Source: Schmidtea nova (taxonomy: Eukaryota). From it: a DNA stretch of 64,000 nt. Below are positions 11,400 to 24,502 of this stretch, piece after piece (positions within the stretch are counted from its first letter, which is position 1; each line of letters starts with the position of its first letter). Location: assembly GCA_044892505.1 (NCBI GenBank), contig CM097882.1:586706001-586770000 (forward strand), in the 5' to 3' direction. Under the pieces are notes generated by a model. It had not been told where the DNA came from, did no database searches, and worked only from the letters and a program-made list of their open reading frames with translations. The translations under genes and the position numbers were made by a program.

Positions 11400-12146
11400 T
11401 AAAGGGGTGAGATATGTTGGGGTTAGGATAAAAATCACAAAAGTAACAAGAAATATCAAAATAAATAAAGTGCAAAAATTAATTAAAATTTATCAAAAAT
11501 TTAAAATTAATATTCATTGGGGGAAATGGGTATGGTTGAATGCCAAATCAAAAGACGAACCCAAAAATAATAATAGAAATTTAATAAGGGGTCCCCAGAG
11601 AAAGTTATTTAATAAAAACAAACTAATTAAAATTAATTAATCGCTCAATGGGAAACCCGAGACAATGGGAAACCCGAGCGATGAGGAAAGCCCGAGCGCA
11701 AAGAGACCCGAGAGATCAAAGTCGGGGCAATTAGGAAAAATCCATCCGAGGGTAATTAAAAATATTTGTTAGCAAAACAATTAAGCCCGTGATTGGTTAA
11801 CTTTTAGATATCGATTAAACATAATTGCTATTTGCGAGAACTATAAAAGGCAGCGCAAAACAGAGGACGGGGCCGACGAGTTGATAGTTAAAAAAGAGAT
11901 TATTAAAACGTTTCGAAAACAAAGAAAGAAAGATCCTGAAGGAATCAAACAGACAAAGTGAGAAAGTATCCTTTTAACTAAAGAGTCAAATCCGAATCCA
12001 AAAGAAAGCGTAAATTGATCAAAAGTGTGTATAAAAAAAGATTGTAATTTGTGTTGATCGTGAATAAAAAGATTGTTCTGTGTTGGGTTCATTGATTTCA
12101 GAAACTAAAGAGCACGAGGAGTCAGGTCAGTAAACCGATCTTTACA
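11400..12146 (+). mobile_element. Putative solo-LTR-like segment
   Basis: About 17-bp GGGAAACCCGAG-type repeats (11650-11715), ATTGG box (~11791), TATAAAA (~11842), AATAAA (~12064), ends ...TTTACA at 12146. The 5' boundary and TSD were not identified. Confidence 0.45.
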
Positions 12147-12205
12147 GAATAATAACCCAACAATATAAACAAAAGAATGAAAGAATATGAAAGAATATTT
12201 GAAAA

Positions 12206-12436
12206 ATGATTAGTGCAAAATCTGAATTATTAACTGATTGGAAAACCAAATATCGTTTTTTCACTTTCGTTTTGGCTCCAGATTTTGATCTAAATCAATG
12301 TCAATTAGTTCAACAGGGTAATCTAAAACTTGATATTAAATTTGGTACACCATTGACTGAATCAGTTTCTGTAATTGTATATGGAGTTTTTGAAAAGGAA
12401 TTACAAATTACAGCTAATCGAATAATACTGGTTTGA
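12206..12436 (+). pseudogene. Polinton/Maverick major capsid protein, C-terminal fragment
   Basis: FFTFVLAPDFD...QQGNLKLDIKFGTPLTESVSVIVYGVFEKELQITANRIILV matches the typical Polinton MCP C-terminus (F.L.PD...G.L.L...F...L...V..IVY..F...I.I...R). Immediately upstream of a Polinton-type protease. Confidence 0.8.
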
Positions 12437-12508
12437 TTGAAAATTTGAATGGTTATAAACTAATTTGACTAAAATTTAGCATCAAATGAAGATTTTTTAA
12501 TTTTTATT

Positions 12509-12830
12509 TTGATTTTTATTAATTCTATTCATATTGAATATATTGCTAGAAAATTATGGGGATCGGAATTTCTTGGTGTTTTTCCGTTGGATAAAATCAC
12601 ATATATTGATGTAAACAAAGCTTTGATTGTCAATACTCAATCATCAAACCTTAAAGGTGAACATAGGATTGCAGTTTATGTAAAACCCGATAAAATACAC
12701 GCGTTTGATCCAATGGGATTTTATTATCCGTTGCTATTGATTAAAATATTATCGTCAATGTTGATTCCTATTGAATAAAACATAATCCGATACCAGAATC
12801 CAATAAATATAACATGTGGTCAGCACTGTA
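12509..12830 (+). pseudogene. Polinton/Maverick adenain-like cysteine protease, degenerate
   Basis: FLGVFPLD...LIVNTQSSNLKGEH(R for W)IAVY...FDPMG, then past a TAA: YQNPINITCGQHC. Catalytic H, D, Q and C positions are recognisable. Confidence 0.88.
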
Positions 12831-14149
12831 AGCGTGGTTATTAAAAATGTTTAATAAATAAATATTTGTATTGAAAATTTTTATTATTTAATTCATAATT
12901 TTTCCAATTTTAATTAAATTTGTTTTGTTTAATATTTGACGTTGCGGTAATCGAATTCGTTAGCGCATGTGTGTATCCATGGTAATGTTGATATGTGTAT
13001 ATACAGTAAAAATTAGGTATATAAACGAGAAAAATTCATTTTAAAATCACTTTTTACTTGATCCCAACTTTGGTAAGTTAATTTTTGTTTAAATATTTTT
13101 TGAATTAATTTTTATTATTTTTTGAATTTTTTGATATTAGAAGGAATTTCTGAAAATATGAATTTCAACTTAAATGAAGAAAGTGCAAACTATTATTTTA
13201 TAAAAGAAAATTTCCCAAAGAAATATGAAATGCACGTATTTTGAAAATAGTATTTTTTGTATTAACATTCTAAAATTAAATTCAAATTAATTGAATATTT
13301 ATTTAGTAAATTTGAATTTGAATTTAAAAAGTTAAATAATTATTAATTTGTAATGATAATTATTAACTTTTATTATTTAAATGTTAATAAAATTCAAATT
13401 ATTTGAATATTTAAATAATAGATTAGTTGAATTTTATCATTTTATTTATATTAAATATATAAATATTTAATATAAACACTTATTTCATTTTATATGCAAA
13501 ATGAATTTTGGATAATATTAATATTAAAGATATGTTAATTGATTTGAATTATTTGAATATTTAAATAATACATTAGTTGAATTATTTTATCTAAATAAAT
13601 TATAAAGTTTTAATGTAAATTATAAAATTTTAATCTAATTTATAGTTTAACTTAATTTATAAAGATTAAATCAATTTATAAAGATTTAAAAGTTTTACAT
13701 ATATATTACATGTAAGTTTCTTTATTTACGTTATTTAAATATATAAAATGCATTAAATATATTATATTATTAAGTTAATTATTATGGTAATTTATAAAAT
13801 ATTATTAAATTTATCTAGTTAATTTATTTATATTAATTTCAGAAGGAATTTTAAAGCCAACAAATCTTAAGGACATTGGAAGAATATTTAAGAACCAAAT
13901 AGAAACTGAAAAGAATCGTTTCCTTTCCCACAATATAAACGATATTTTATTAACTATTTTCTATAATTATATTAATAAATAATGGTTAGGGTGGGAAGGG
14001 GACACATTTATTATTATTAAAGTTAAAATTATTTTAATAGTTTTTGTTAATGTTAAATTATGGTTATTTTTATTATGTGTTTTCTTCTTAAAGGCACATG
14101 ATGCCCCTTTTGTTGTTATTTAATCAAAATATTAACATTAACATTCCAT

Positions 14150-14863
14150 TAAAATTAATTCACTCTTACTATCGTTGCGGGAGCTTTTCTATGCCTTCTT
14201 TAAAAAATTCTCATGTCTGAAGTTCAAGAAAGTGATAACTTTCGATTTTGTCTCCTCCAAATCTTTGAACTTCCTACCCTTGATATAAAAATCTGAATGT
14301 CGAAATAAGTGGAAATCAGTTGATGATAGATCGAGTGAGTAAGGTGGATGCGGTAAAATTTCAAATCCTAAGTCGTGTAACTTTTTTTACAGTGACTTTC
14401 GATACGTGAGGCTTAGCGTTATCATGCAGGATAATTGGACCTTTTCTATTAACAATTGCGGGATGACTAATCGTGAGTTTATCAATCTTTTTTTCTAGTT
14501 CTACTCAGTATCGTTAAGAATTGATTGTTGTACCCATTTTCAGAAAACATTATTGTATTACACCATACTTAGACCACCAGGCTGAGAGCATGACTTCCTT
14601 TTGGTGATGTTCCGGTTTTGGAAACTGATCTGGGCATTGATATTTATCCAACCATTCTCCTGACCACTTAAGATTATTTATTCATCAACTCAGACACTAG
14701 GCTGAATTTATTCCCTTCCAAAAAATTTCATTACCTGATTCTCGGCACTGCCACGAAAAACGATTGACACGTGTCATCCGCTTTTCATCTAAACGACTCT
14801 CGTATCAACAAGGTTAGTATAATTTCTCCCGGCGTAAATCGATTATCGCTAATGGGGTATCCA
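14150..14863 (-). mobile_element. Mariner (DD34D) transposase pseudogene, C-terminal part
   Basis: HDNAKPH...KKLHDLGFEILPHPPYSLDLSSTDFHLFRH and WIPH motif; continues on the other side of the piggyBac. Confidence 0.88.
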
Positions 14864-14867
14864 TTAA

Positions 14868-17361
14868 CCTTCACGCACCTAAGCGGGCTGCATTTGCACC
14901 CCAAATTTTTTATTTGTTAAACCATTTGTAATATAATAATGATATTTATCTGATATTTTTTGTAATCTACAAAGATATCCCAATGAATGGAATGCAAAAA
15001 AAATATAAATATATTAAAAGATAAAAATAATATCGTGGTTTTAATAAAATATTACGGTCTCAAAATCGCTTGCATATACATGTATTCAGCGGCGGATGGT
15101 GAATCATTACGTATCAGTCGTAAAAACACAAACTGTTGTGTGCGCGTGAGTGAGCGAGAGCAATAGTGGTAATAATCACGTTCAATTAGACAGATCGGTA
15201 AGCATATAATAAAATAAATGGAATTTTATCAATTATTTACTTTATAATTTTAATAATCAATTTTACATTTTAGCCCTTTTTATTATGGATGAATTTGAAA
15301 ATTTTCTCAATTCATCGGAAGAAGAGATTGATAGTGATGAAGATTACGAATTAGAATTTGAAAACCTGAAATTCGACAATATTTCGGATATTGAAGACAA
15401 CGTGGAAATTGATAAAGATTATGACGATGAAGAAAGCGACGAAGAAAATATTGATGAAGAAAGCGACGTCGTTGAAAATATTGAAGAGAGTGATGAAATT
15501 TTTTACACATTAAACACTGGATTTATGTGGAACTCAAATCCTCGTCAACCATCAAGTAGGCGCCGTGCTCACAATATTGTCAGTGCACCATCGGATCGTC
15601 TATGAAATGGCAGTAAAAGTATCAATTCAATAAGAGAAGCATTTTTGCTATACATAACCGAGGAGATGGTTGCTCGAATTTGCAACGAAATGAATAAACT
15701 TAATGAAAATATTGTAACAACGGATTAACTGTATGCCTTTATTGGAATACTCTTAGCATCCGGAAGAAATCCTGGAAGAAGGATGAACATAAATGAATTG
15801 TGGAGTACAAATTCGCTCTTTAGGTTAAACTTTTTTACTGCTGTTATGGCACGAGATATTTTCCAATACATATTTAGAAATATCTGATTCGATGATCGCA
15901 CTACAAGAGTCCAACGAATCACTGAAAGCGGTGACAATTTGCAACCAATTCGATCTATTTTTGACCAATTTTCAGTCATGTGTAAATAATTTTTCTCCTG
16001 GAGCAAATATAACAATCGATGAAAGATTGGCTGCGTTCAGAGGAAATTGTCCTTTTCGTGTATACATGAAAACAAAACCGGGTAGATATGGTATAAAAAT
16101 ATGGATTGCTGCAGATTCCGCTACGGCATATGTGTTGAATCTCCAAGTATATATTGGGAAGCTAAACAATGTACGAGACATATACCAAGGACAACGAGTA
16201 GTATTACAATTATTAGAACGCTATTTTGGCTCATGGAGGGGCATTACAACAGATAATTTTTTTACGTCAATTCCTCTCGCTGAATTGCTGTTTGAGAAGA
16301 AATTAACAATTACGGGAACTTTGAGAAAAATAAGAGGGAAATTCCAAAAGATTTTTTAAATAATAAAACTAAGGAACTTTACTCAAGTTTATTCGGGTTC
16401 ACGAACACGATGACATTAGTGTCATATGTCCCTAAAGTTAACAAATGTGTATTGATGCTCTCAACTCAGTTCAACGATGTAGGAATTGAACCCGACGTAA
16501 AAAGGAAGCCAGTGATAATTAGCCATTACAATAAAACAACTGTCGATACCGGGGATAAGATGACGCAAGAGTATTCGTGTGTTAGGGCTACAAGGCGATG
16601 GCCGTTCCGAATATTTACAGAGCTTCTATATATGCATATATTATTTGGACTCAAAAGTATCCAGAATGGAGAGCAAATGACCGTAGTCGCCGTAAGACAT
16701 TTATTAGGCAATTAAGCTTAGAATTGTCTAAACCTCATGTACTTACACGGAAAAATAGTGGTAAAATTACTAACAAAGCAATCATATATGCAATGGATAA
16801 ATTTTTGGCTGTAACTGATATCGATTCAGCTCCCGTGAATGTTTTTAGAAAGTACGAGCACTGGTATTGCAACATCATCCAGCTCTGGTAATGCAAAATC
16901 ATCTAGATGTGCTTTTTGTCCAAGAACTCGTGATAGGAAAACTCGTATATTTTGCTATAAATGCAAAAAAGTCATTTGCAATGTTCATAGCGTAAAGCAG
17001 TCATCTTGTGAGGATTGTCATAGAACTGTAACGGAATAATTCATATTTTTATGCCATTTATTGTTTATAGTATTTTGTTATTTTTATCTTGTGTTTTTAT
17101 ATTACGTGTTTTATATATATATTTTTACTCAATAAATAATTTTAATTTGTAGCCTTACTAAAAAAATACATATTATTTTATAAATGATTCGATGGCAATA
17201 AAATGCATTTTAGATAAAAAAGAACATGCTCAAAATGAAAAATTGCATTAATTTTACTTTTATATTGACTTATAGTTTATTATTACTCAGTTTCAATCTG
17301 GGGTAATTTTGTACCCCGTAACGTCACTCGATCCTATTCTCTAGGTATCGGCACTCGAAGG
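14868..17361 (+). mobile_element. piggyBac element, full-length extent with degenerate transposase (15285-17039)
   Basis: TTAA at 14864-67 and 17362-65; termini CCTTC... and ...GAAGG. Acidic N-terminus, TIDERLAAFRGNCPFRVYMKTKPGRYGIKIW, TTDNFFTS, VDTGD and a C-terminal Cys-rich domain (CAFC...CYKCKKVICNVH...CEDC); several frameshifts and stops. Confidence 0.95.
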
Positions 17362-17365
17362 TTAA

Positions 17366-17800
17366 CTCCTGTTTTCCTTTTTACTACTAGTTGCCGACGC
17401 TCACTCTGTTTGCTCTATTACATAATCATCCTCTCGTCAATTACGGTAATGGATTTACTATATCAAAAATAGATCTCTTCTCCACGGCTGGTACTTAAGT
17501 GTATCATTCTTACTAATCAGTTTGTTCCCATTGTCATTTGAGTTTACGAAATGAAATCATTTTCCCTAATGGATTTATTATTGGATTTCCCTACTTCGCC
17601 AGCAAATCGTGAATTCCTCCACTGCTATTTGTGATTACGGGATTTTTGTGATGTTATCGATCTAAATACTCTCGGAGAATTAATTATCGTTGAAAATCCC
17701 TTCCAGCTGGTAATTCTTAAAGATTTTGTAGAGCTGCATATTCTAACTTAAATCATGTTAGATACAGGAAGATGTTATTTTACTCGTTCATAGCTTTATG
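17366..17800 (-). mobile_element. Mariner pseudogene, N-terminal part (continuation of 14150-14863)
   Basis: Joining across the TTAA gives ...ENRS*WIPH, the WVPHEL linker position; upstream frames are heavily degraded. Confidence 0.55.
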
Positions 17801-18551
17801 GAAAAAATTAAAAAGCGGTTTATTTTACATTTCGGTTAGTACTATATCTCCCTCGTTCGATTTCGGTTGATTATTGATTTTAGGACTTGACATGTCAACA
17901 CTGGCATTCCGGCACTGTCATTTCAATTTCACCTACTCTATATTCATGTTGGCAGTGATGTTCTCTTCATCTGGTCTACACCTGGAGCTGACGACCCTGT
18001 TGGCCTTCCACAACTCCGAAAAATTAAACCTAATCAAAAGCAATTTTACCAACGAAAACCTGAACATTTAAAAAACACAAAAAAACAAAACACTATGACC
18101 CTTTTAAATCGAAAACATACATTATGAACTATAACAAAATTACTTACAACTGAATTTTACACGGTTTTCTAACGGTTTGGAAATTTGCTTCGGTAAGCGA
18201 GTTTCAATGATATCGATTCAAATTACGTCTGAAAAATTCAGTGTTTAGCGGTTATTACACGAACGGATTGAGTACGATGATTGTTAATTGAAACTCTGAT
18301 GATAAAATCGAGATGTAAGTTTGCTGGTAGGTATATGTTTGTATGTTTTCCAACTGATTTGAGCGCCCTTTATATAGTGGTTTTGGCGCTCAATCAGCCA
18401 ATCAAATTTGATCTAGGCCCTAAATTGGCTAGATTATTTAATTCAATATTTTTTATTTATTTTCACTAATTTTCTGTTTTCCTTGATTTATTTTTATAAT
18501 TAGATCTTTCTGTTTCTAATTTAATATTTTCTTTTTACTATCTCGTACTTA

Positions 18552-19400
18552 TTGTGGATTTTTATGTTTTTATTTAAATTTGATGAGTGGACTTCTCTTA
18601 AAAATAAAAGATATATGAACATCAATGTGCATATGACTGGAAACAAATTTTGGAATTTAGGTCTTGCACGGGCAGGTGGGTCCATGAATGCCGAAAAATG
18701 TATTCAACTAGTTGAAAGTAAATTGCAAGATATTGGATTGGATTTTAAATATATCGTTTCAATAAAAACAGATGGTGCAGCTGTAATGGAAAAGTTTGGC
18801 TCATCCTTAGACACACACCATCAGTTATGCCATACAACTTGCTGTTATTCAAGTTTTATTTAAAAAGAATATAGAACAATCAGTATCTGATGTAGAATCA
18901 ATGATCTGACTGAAAGATTCAGCTTAGATTTTAACTCAGTGGTTGAGACTGATGTTTCGTACGAATCAATTCTACCAATTATAACTAAAACTCGACAAAC
19001 AGTAAAGCTCTTTTGACGCTCGCCCACAAAAATGAAACTCTTCAAAAATGAATTTAGAAAAGAAACCATTTTGATTTCGGATACTAAAATTAGATGAAAC
19101 AGTCTATCGGCTATGTTGGAACGGTTCTATCTATTGAAATCGTGTACCAGAAAAAGTCTTATTGGCTTAAATATTGACATTTCGTTTACAGAAGATGAAT
19201 TATATTTTATTAGTATCATAATATATACATTGTTGAAAGTTGATGTCACTCTAAAGTTCATGCTTGATGAACTATCTGCACAAAATAATACTCTAAGCAA
19301 GTAATTAAGAGATGAATTAATTTGGCGCATCCAAGAACGACACACAATTTATTTGAATGTTATGCAGTTGTTATTATTCTTTGAGAATGTTACCGGTCCT
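18552..19400 (+). mobile_element. hAT (Ac/hobo-like) transposase remnant
   Basis: FDEWTSLKNKRYMNINVH...NLGLAR...IKTDGAAVMEKFG and (W)NSLSAMLERFYLLK; multiple stops. Confidence 0.88.
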
Positions 19401-19539
19401 CTTTAGGGCCGCACATAATAATTGTAACAAAAAATTGATTGAACTAATAAATATCATTTATTTTACAGATACATAGTTAATAACAGCCAAAAGACAAAGC
19501 TTGTATGCACAATCTGGATACTCACTATACGGACATGAT

Positions 19540-21552
19540 TAGTGTTTCTTCTGGAAAATTTCTCGAAAAAATAGATTTCAAGACTTTTTCTCTTCTCGAG
19601 AAATCTCACGAAAATTCTCGAGAAATGATAAATTTAGTTTACTAGAACTTGACATTGTGACATTTATTTACACTTTTTAAATCACCCTTTTTGATGCTCG
19701 AAATTGTACAAACGTGTAGACATTTGTGTTTTCTCTTAACTTTTTATTACTTCGTTGTACCCTATTTTTAAATAAATTTCGGATTACTATAAATAGCTAA
19801 TAATTCAGACCCACTCCAACATTATGAATTATGTATGAAGAGTATACTTTTATGTTGTTTTTTAGGTAAATATATACAAAATATTCGTAAAAAGATATGA
19901 AAAAATGAATGTATTTTAAACAAGAGCCTACGAAAAAGTAGTTGTTTTGTATATCACTTGAGTCATTGTTCTAACATCATACACATAACTCATTATTGTC
20001 AAATCAAATTTTAGTATATCAAATAAATTTTCTCAACGTTTCATTATGAAGTCTTGTTTGTACATGCTTGCTAAAATTGATCAAATTTGTAATGAAGTTC
20101 TTATTTTTACAATTTATAATATTGTTTGCAATATTTTTATATGAAGAACTGTTGGACGTATTTTACGAAAAATACGAAAACAAAGACCTCGCAGACTGTA
20201 ATATTTGCAATAAGAATTTATCGTATGAAGGCGCTTCCACAATAGACTTATGTCGACACCTTGAAGGTATAGATGGACTTTAGCGAGATGAAATTGTCCC
20301 AGAAAAACAACTTAAACGTCAAGTTTTAATAACCGTAAAGAGCAGAGCATTCTTAACTTATTGAGGCATCCTGCATTGTCTGAATTAATTTCTAAATTAA
20401 TTGCCTTAGACGGTATCTAATTTCTTAAATCGCAAAAAGTGAATTCATCCGTGAGAGCATGATCGCTAGAGGATTGAGGATTCCAAAAAATTCTTCTGCA
20501 GTTGCGCATCTTATGAGAGAAATCCACACATTGAAAAAGGATGAAGTGGCATAATGAAATTGGATGAGAGGAGACTCACTATCTTTCAATCTTGGTTTGT
20601 TTGTTATTAGTGGTTCATTTTCTGCAGAAAAAGCACTGGAGAAACTAGAAGAAAAACTTACACATTTCAACATTTCTATGAACAAAGATGTAGTTAGTAT
20701 AACAAGCGATGTAGCTGCTGGAATGCAAAAATTTGGGAGACTCTCCTCCGCCCATCAGCAGTTGGTACAATCACGGTTTACATTTTGCAGTGGTTAAAAT
20801 TTTTTATAAGGCAGTTTCAGAAGATATTGATCTAGATTACAGTGAGACTGATGATGATTTTTCAGAAAGTGAAAGTGAGTCTTAACCGATAGACCGGAGA
20901 GAGTTCCAAGTCTCTGCGAGATACTGTCAATGCTATCCGTAAGGTTGTCAAGATCTTCAAAAAATCTCCCATAAAATAGCGCGTCTCGCAGGAATACGTT
21001 CAAGTGTATGAGCAGAAAGAACTATCTCTAATTCAAGACTGTAAAATAAAGTGGAATACAATGCTTTCTAAGATTAGTCGTTTCTTAAGAATTAAAAATT
21101 AGCTGTCACTGAATTGAACATGGATCAGCCATAGAGAAACGAGTTCGTAACAGAAGGTGAAATAAGATGTTCACTTTTGGAACCCGTCCAAATCACCATC
21201 AAATGTCTGAGTAGGGCTGGCTAAACACTCCTAACAATTGAAAAACGCATTAAAGTTTATGCTTTCTAAGGTGGATGAAAATAACACAGATCTTGATAGG
21301 AAATTTATTGTTTATTTCCTCACAAAAAAGAGGAATCGTTTATCAGACAACACAATGGATACTGCCTTTTGAAGAATTATCATAAAATCGATAATTAAGA
21401 GTATATAAAAAAATACCATTGTGAGAACAATCTTTGTGCTTTTTAATTAAATTTTACCGCTGTGCTTTATAGATTTCTCAAGTTAATTTTTTTTAGAAAA
21501 TTCATTCTCGAGAACATCAATTCTCATTTCTATCGAAAAACGCTAAACACTA
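19540..21552 (+). mobile_element. Degenerate hAT element
   Basis: Inverted termini TAGTGTTT...AAACACTA, TCTCGAGAA subterminal motifs at both ends, BED-finger remnant (CNICNKNLSY...LCRHL), NLGL...SITSDVAAGMQKFG, KIFKKSP...DCKIKWNT. The flanking 8-mers do not match as a TSD. Confidence 0.8.
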
Positions 21553-21951
21553 GTCGCAAGACCAGTAAGATGGAGTGTGCCCGCAATTAGAGGCTAAGAG
21601 AATCCCGGGTCCTGGGACAATTCAAGTTATTACTGTCACATCAGTAAATCGACCTTGACGCTGATTAGGATAATGGGGAGAGATAATGGAGAAATCTCGA
21701 ATTAACGAAGATTAATAAAATACAGAATGATCAACCCTGAAGGAAGAATTAAAACGAAAAATGCAACTACAGATCCAACGAACCGAGAAAATTTCTATTT
21801 TTAAAAGTACAGAATAACTATATTTAGTCATCTATATTCCCAGCATCCCTGAGGTTAAAAAGGTATTAGTCTATATCTGGTTGATACCTATACATCATTT
21901 ATATTATTAATTTTCTAATAATTTGTTTATGTCTATCTGTTTCTTTATTAT

Positions 21952-22296
21952 TTATTTTTTGGTTTTAATTGATGTAGAATTTTTAATAATTCTGATTAAA
22001 TATTTACTATTACCTATTATAATGTATGCTTTTATCAAATGCAAAATTATTTTATACAGAATTAATATTGAATAACATAACATAGATTTTATCTTTATCA
22101 TGGGGTTCATAAACGCAATTTTTTTTGACAAAAAAACAAGATTATTGACATTACCTAATGCATCAATAAAATGAAACAAATCTGCATCATTATATGAAGA
22201 AGGATAATTAATTTTCAAATGTTCTTTATATATTTTATAAATTTCCTCGAGGTACTGATTTTTATTTTTTATAATTATTACATTGACTGGTATCAA
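21952..22296 (-). CDS. Orphan 114-aa ORF, function unknown
   Basis: Open frame in AT-rich DNA between mobile elements; no recognisable motif. Confidence 0.2.
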   Translation of the reverse strand: MIPVNVIIIKNKNQYLEEIYKIYKEHLKINYPSSYNDADLFHFIDALGNVNNLVFLSKKIAFMNPMIKIKSMLCYSILILYKIILHLIKAYIIIGNSKYLIRIIKNSTSIKTKK

Positions 22297-22604
22297 GTTT
22301 TGTGACAGAGTTGTATGATGTTTATTGAAAATGGAGATGAAATTCTGAGCACATATTTATATAAAAAATCTAAAATCTATAATTTTATTACTTATTATTA
22401 TTATTTTTTTATTATTATTGTTATTAATATTTATTACCATTATTATTATGCACTTCAAGTGGAATAAAGTCAAATTATATGCACCTGTTGATGCATTTAC
22501 TCTTTAAAGCTCTTAAAGTGCTGTTTAAAATAATTATGACGCCTAGTGTCGAAAAAATAAAAAACAATTTTATAAAATGAATTTTAGCCTTTTGAGAGCT
22601 TGAA

Positions 22605-22758
22605 NNNNNNNNNNNNNNNNNNNNNNNNNNNNNNNNNNNNNNNNNNNNNNNNNNNNNNNNNNNNNNNNNNNNNNNNNNNNNNNNNNNNNNNNNNNNNNNN
22701 NNNNNNNNNNNNNNNNNNNNNNNNNNNNNNNNNNNNNNNNNNNNNNNNNNNNNNNNNN
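22605..22758. other. Assembly gap (N run)
   Basis: N characters. Confidence 1.
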
Positions 22759-23214
22759 GGGATAACCTTTTATTTTTTTCAATCAAATCGTTGTCGTGTT
22801 TATATTGGTGAAAATAAAAATAAAGATGCAAAAATTAATAATTAAAATCACGATATTATAAATTACCAAACAAAAATAAAATAAATTGTCAATTTCACAT
22901 AAAGAATCATCATATGCATTCAAATAATTGTTAAAGTAATTAAGTTAATAAATATTAGATAAATGTTGACGGGCAGTCTCGATTGCTGGCATCTTGCATT
23001 ATTCTTGTAATTTGATGTTTATTCTGTACCTATTACCCCCCTATTGTGTAATGTTACAATTTCAAAAGTTTTATTTTGCATGAAACTATTTGTATCACAA
23101 AGATTTTTGATGTTTGGTGAAGTGTTATATACCATTAGAAAGCTCGTGCTATGCTCTAAAAGATTAAAGCGATCTTTTTTTGCCTATATTATTTTTGACT
23201 TTTTTTAGAATCGT

Positions 23215-23910
23215 TAAATGGATTGTCAAGTATACAAAAATCGCATTTTCGAAACCTTTTCACTTTTAATCGAGGTCAAAAAGCGAGTGAAGCTACCAGA
23301 GATACTTGTGCCGTGTATGGATAGGACGCTATACCTGAGAGAACTTCTCGGGATTGGTTTATCAGGTTCAAACACGATAATTTCGACCTCAACGACGCTC
23401 CTCGTTCCGGAAGACCAGTCGAGATGGACGAGGACCAACCCGGGGATTTTTTGAAGGAAGATTGCCGCCAGACATGCAGAGAATTGGGCGAAAAGATGAA
23501 TTTTGCGACAATTTCAGGCCACCTTCAGTCGATGGGTTTTACTCAAAAGCTTGGAGCTTGGTTCCCGCACAAACTCACTCAAAAACAGAAGGATAAGTGG
23601 CTTTTCATTGCTGCTCAAAATCTCACTCGACACCAAGGAACTCATGGCCACAGACAATGTTTCTTATACAGAATCGTCACTGGAGACGAGAAATAGTGAC
23701 AAAGGAAAGAGTGTTTGAGTCCTCTGAGAGAAGACTAAGCTTCGAATCAAGAAAGACCTGCACCCGATGAAGACAATGATTTGCGTATGGTGAGATATGG
23801 AAGGCCTAATCCACTGGGAAATGCTTGGAAAGAACATGACAGTATAGAAGAATACCTATAAATCTCAATTGCATCGAGTTAATAAGACAATTCAACAAAA
23901 AACCTGGATC
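23215..23910 (+). mobile_element. Mariner transposase pseudogene, N-terminal two-thirds
   Basis: RGQKASEATRDTCAVYG...WFIRFKHDNFDLNDAPRSGRPVEMDE...QKLGAWFPHKLT...RIVTGDEK; frameshifts. Confidence 0.92.
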
Positions 23911-24502
23911 GACAAAGCTCCGTTACAATCACAATCTTCGAAGATATTAAACTTGAAATAAGCATTATTTCAGATTCCGATGAAATTAATTACAACTTAA
24001 ATATTCAAACTCCACATATCGAACCCTTAAATATTATACCGCTAAATATTGTTCCTTTAATTTTAGAAACTGAACATATTAATAACCAATATGGTGCTGG
24101 TATACTTAAACCAGATATAATTTACGATTTAAATTATTCACACGCAATATTAACATTTGATGTTACATCTTTCCATTTAAAGACATTAATAATACCTGGT
24201 GAAATTGAAAATTCGTTATTTGAAGTCACAATTCAATTTTGCTTAAATGTTAAATTTCAAAATGATGAATCTTCATTTCAAATCATGCTAAACTATTGAA
24301 TGATACATTTTTAGAAGATGTGTTTACCTATTATATTTATTTTCAAACTATGTTTGAAATTCTAAATTAAATGAAAGAAAAAAGAAAAATCTAATAATTT
24401 CAAAAACAATTTCTCAGTAATTGGAAAGTAATTTTAACTAAATTTTTTAAGTAAAATTTTTAGATTTTTTATTCTTAATTCAAGATCGGCAAAAAACAAA
24501 AT

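Noticed and set aside
20848-20875. CTGATGA-TGATTTTTCA-GAAA perfect-looking hammerhead core
   Set aside because: Lies in the acidic coding stretch of a hAT (ETDDDFSESES); stems I and III cannot form.
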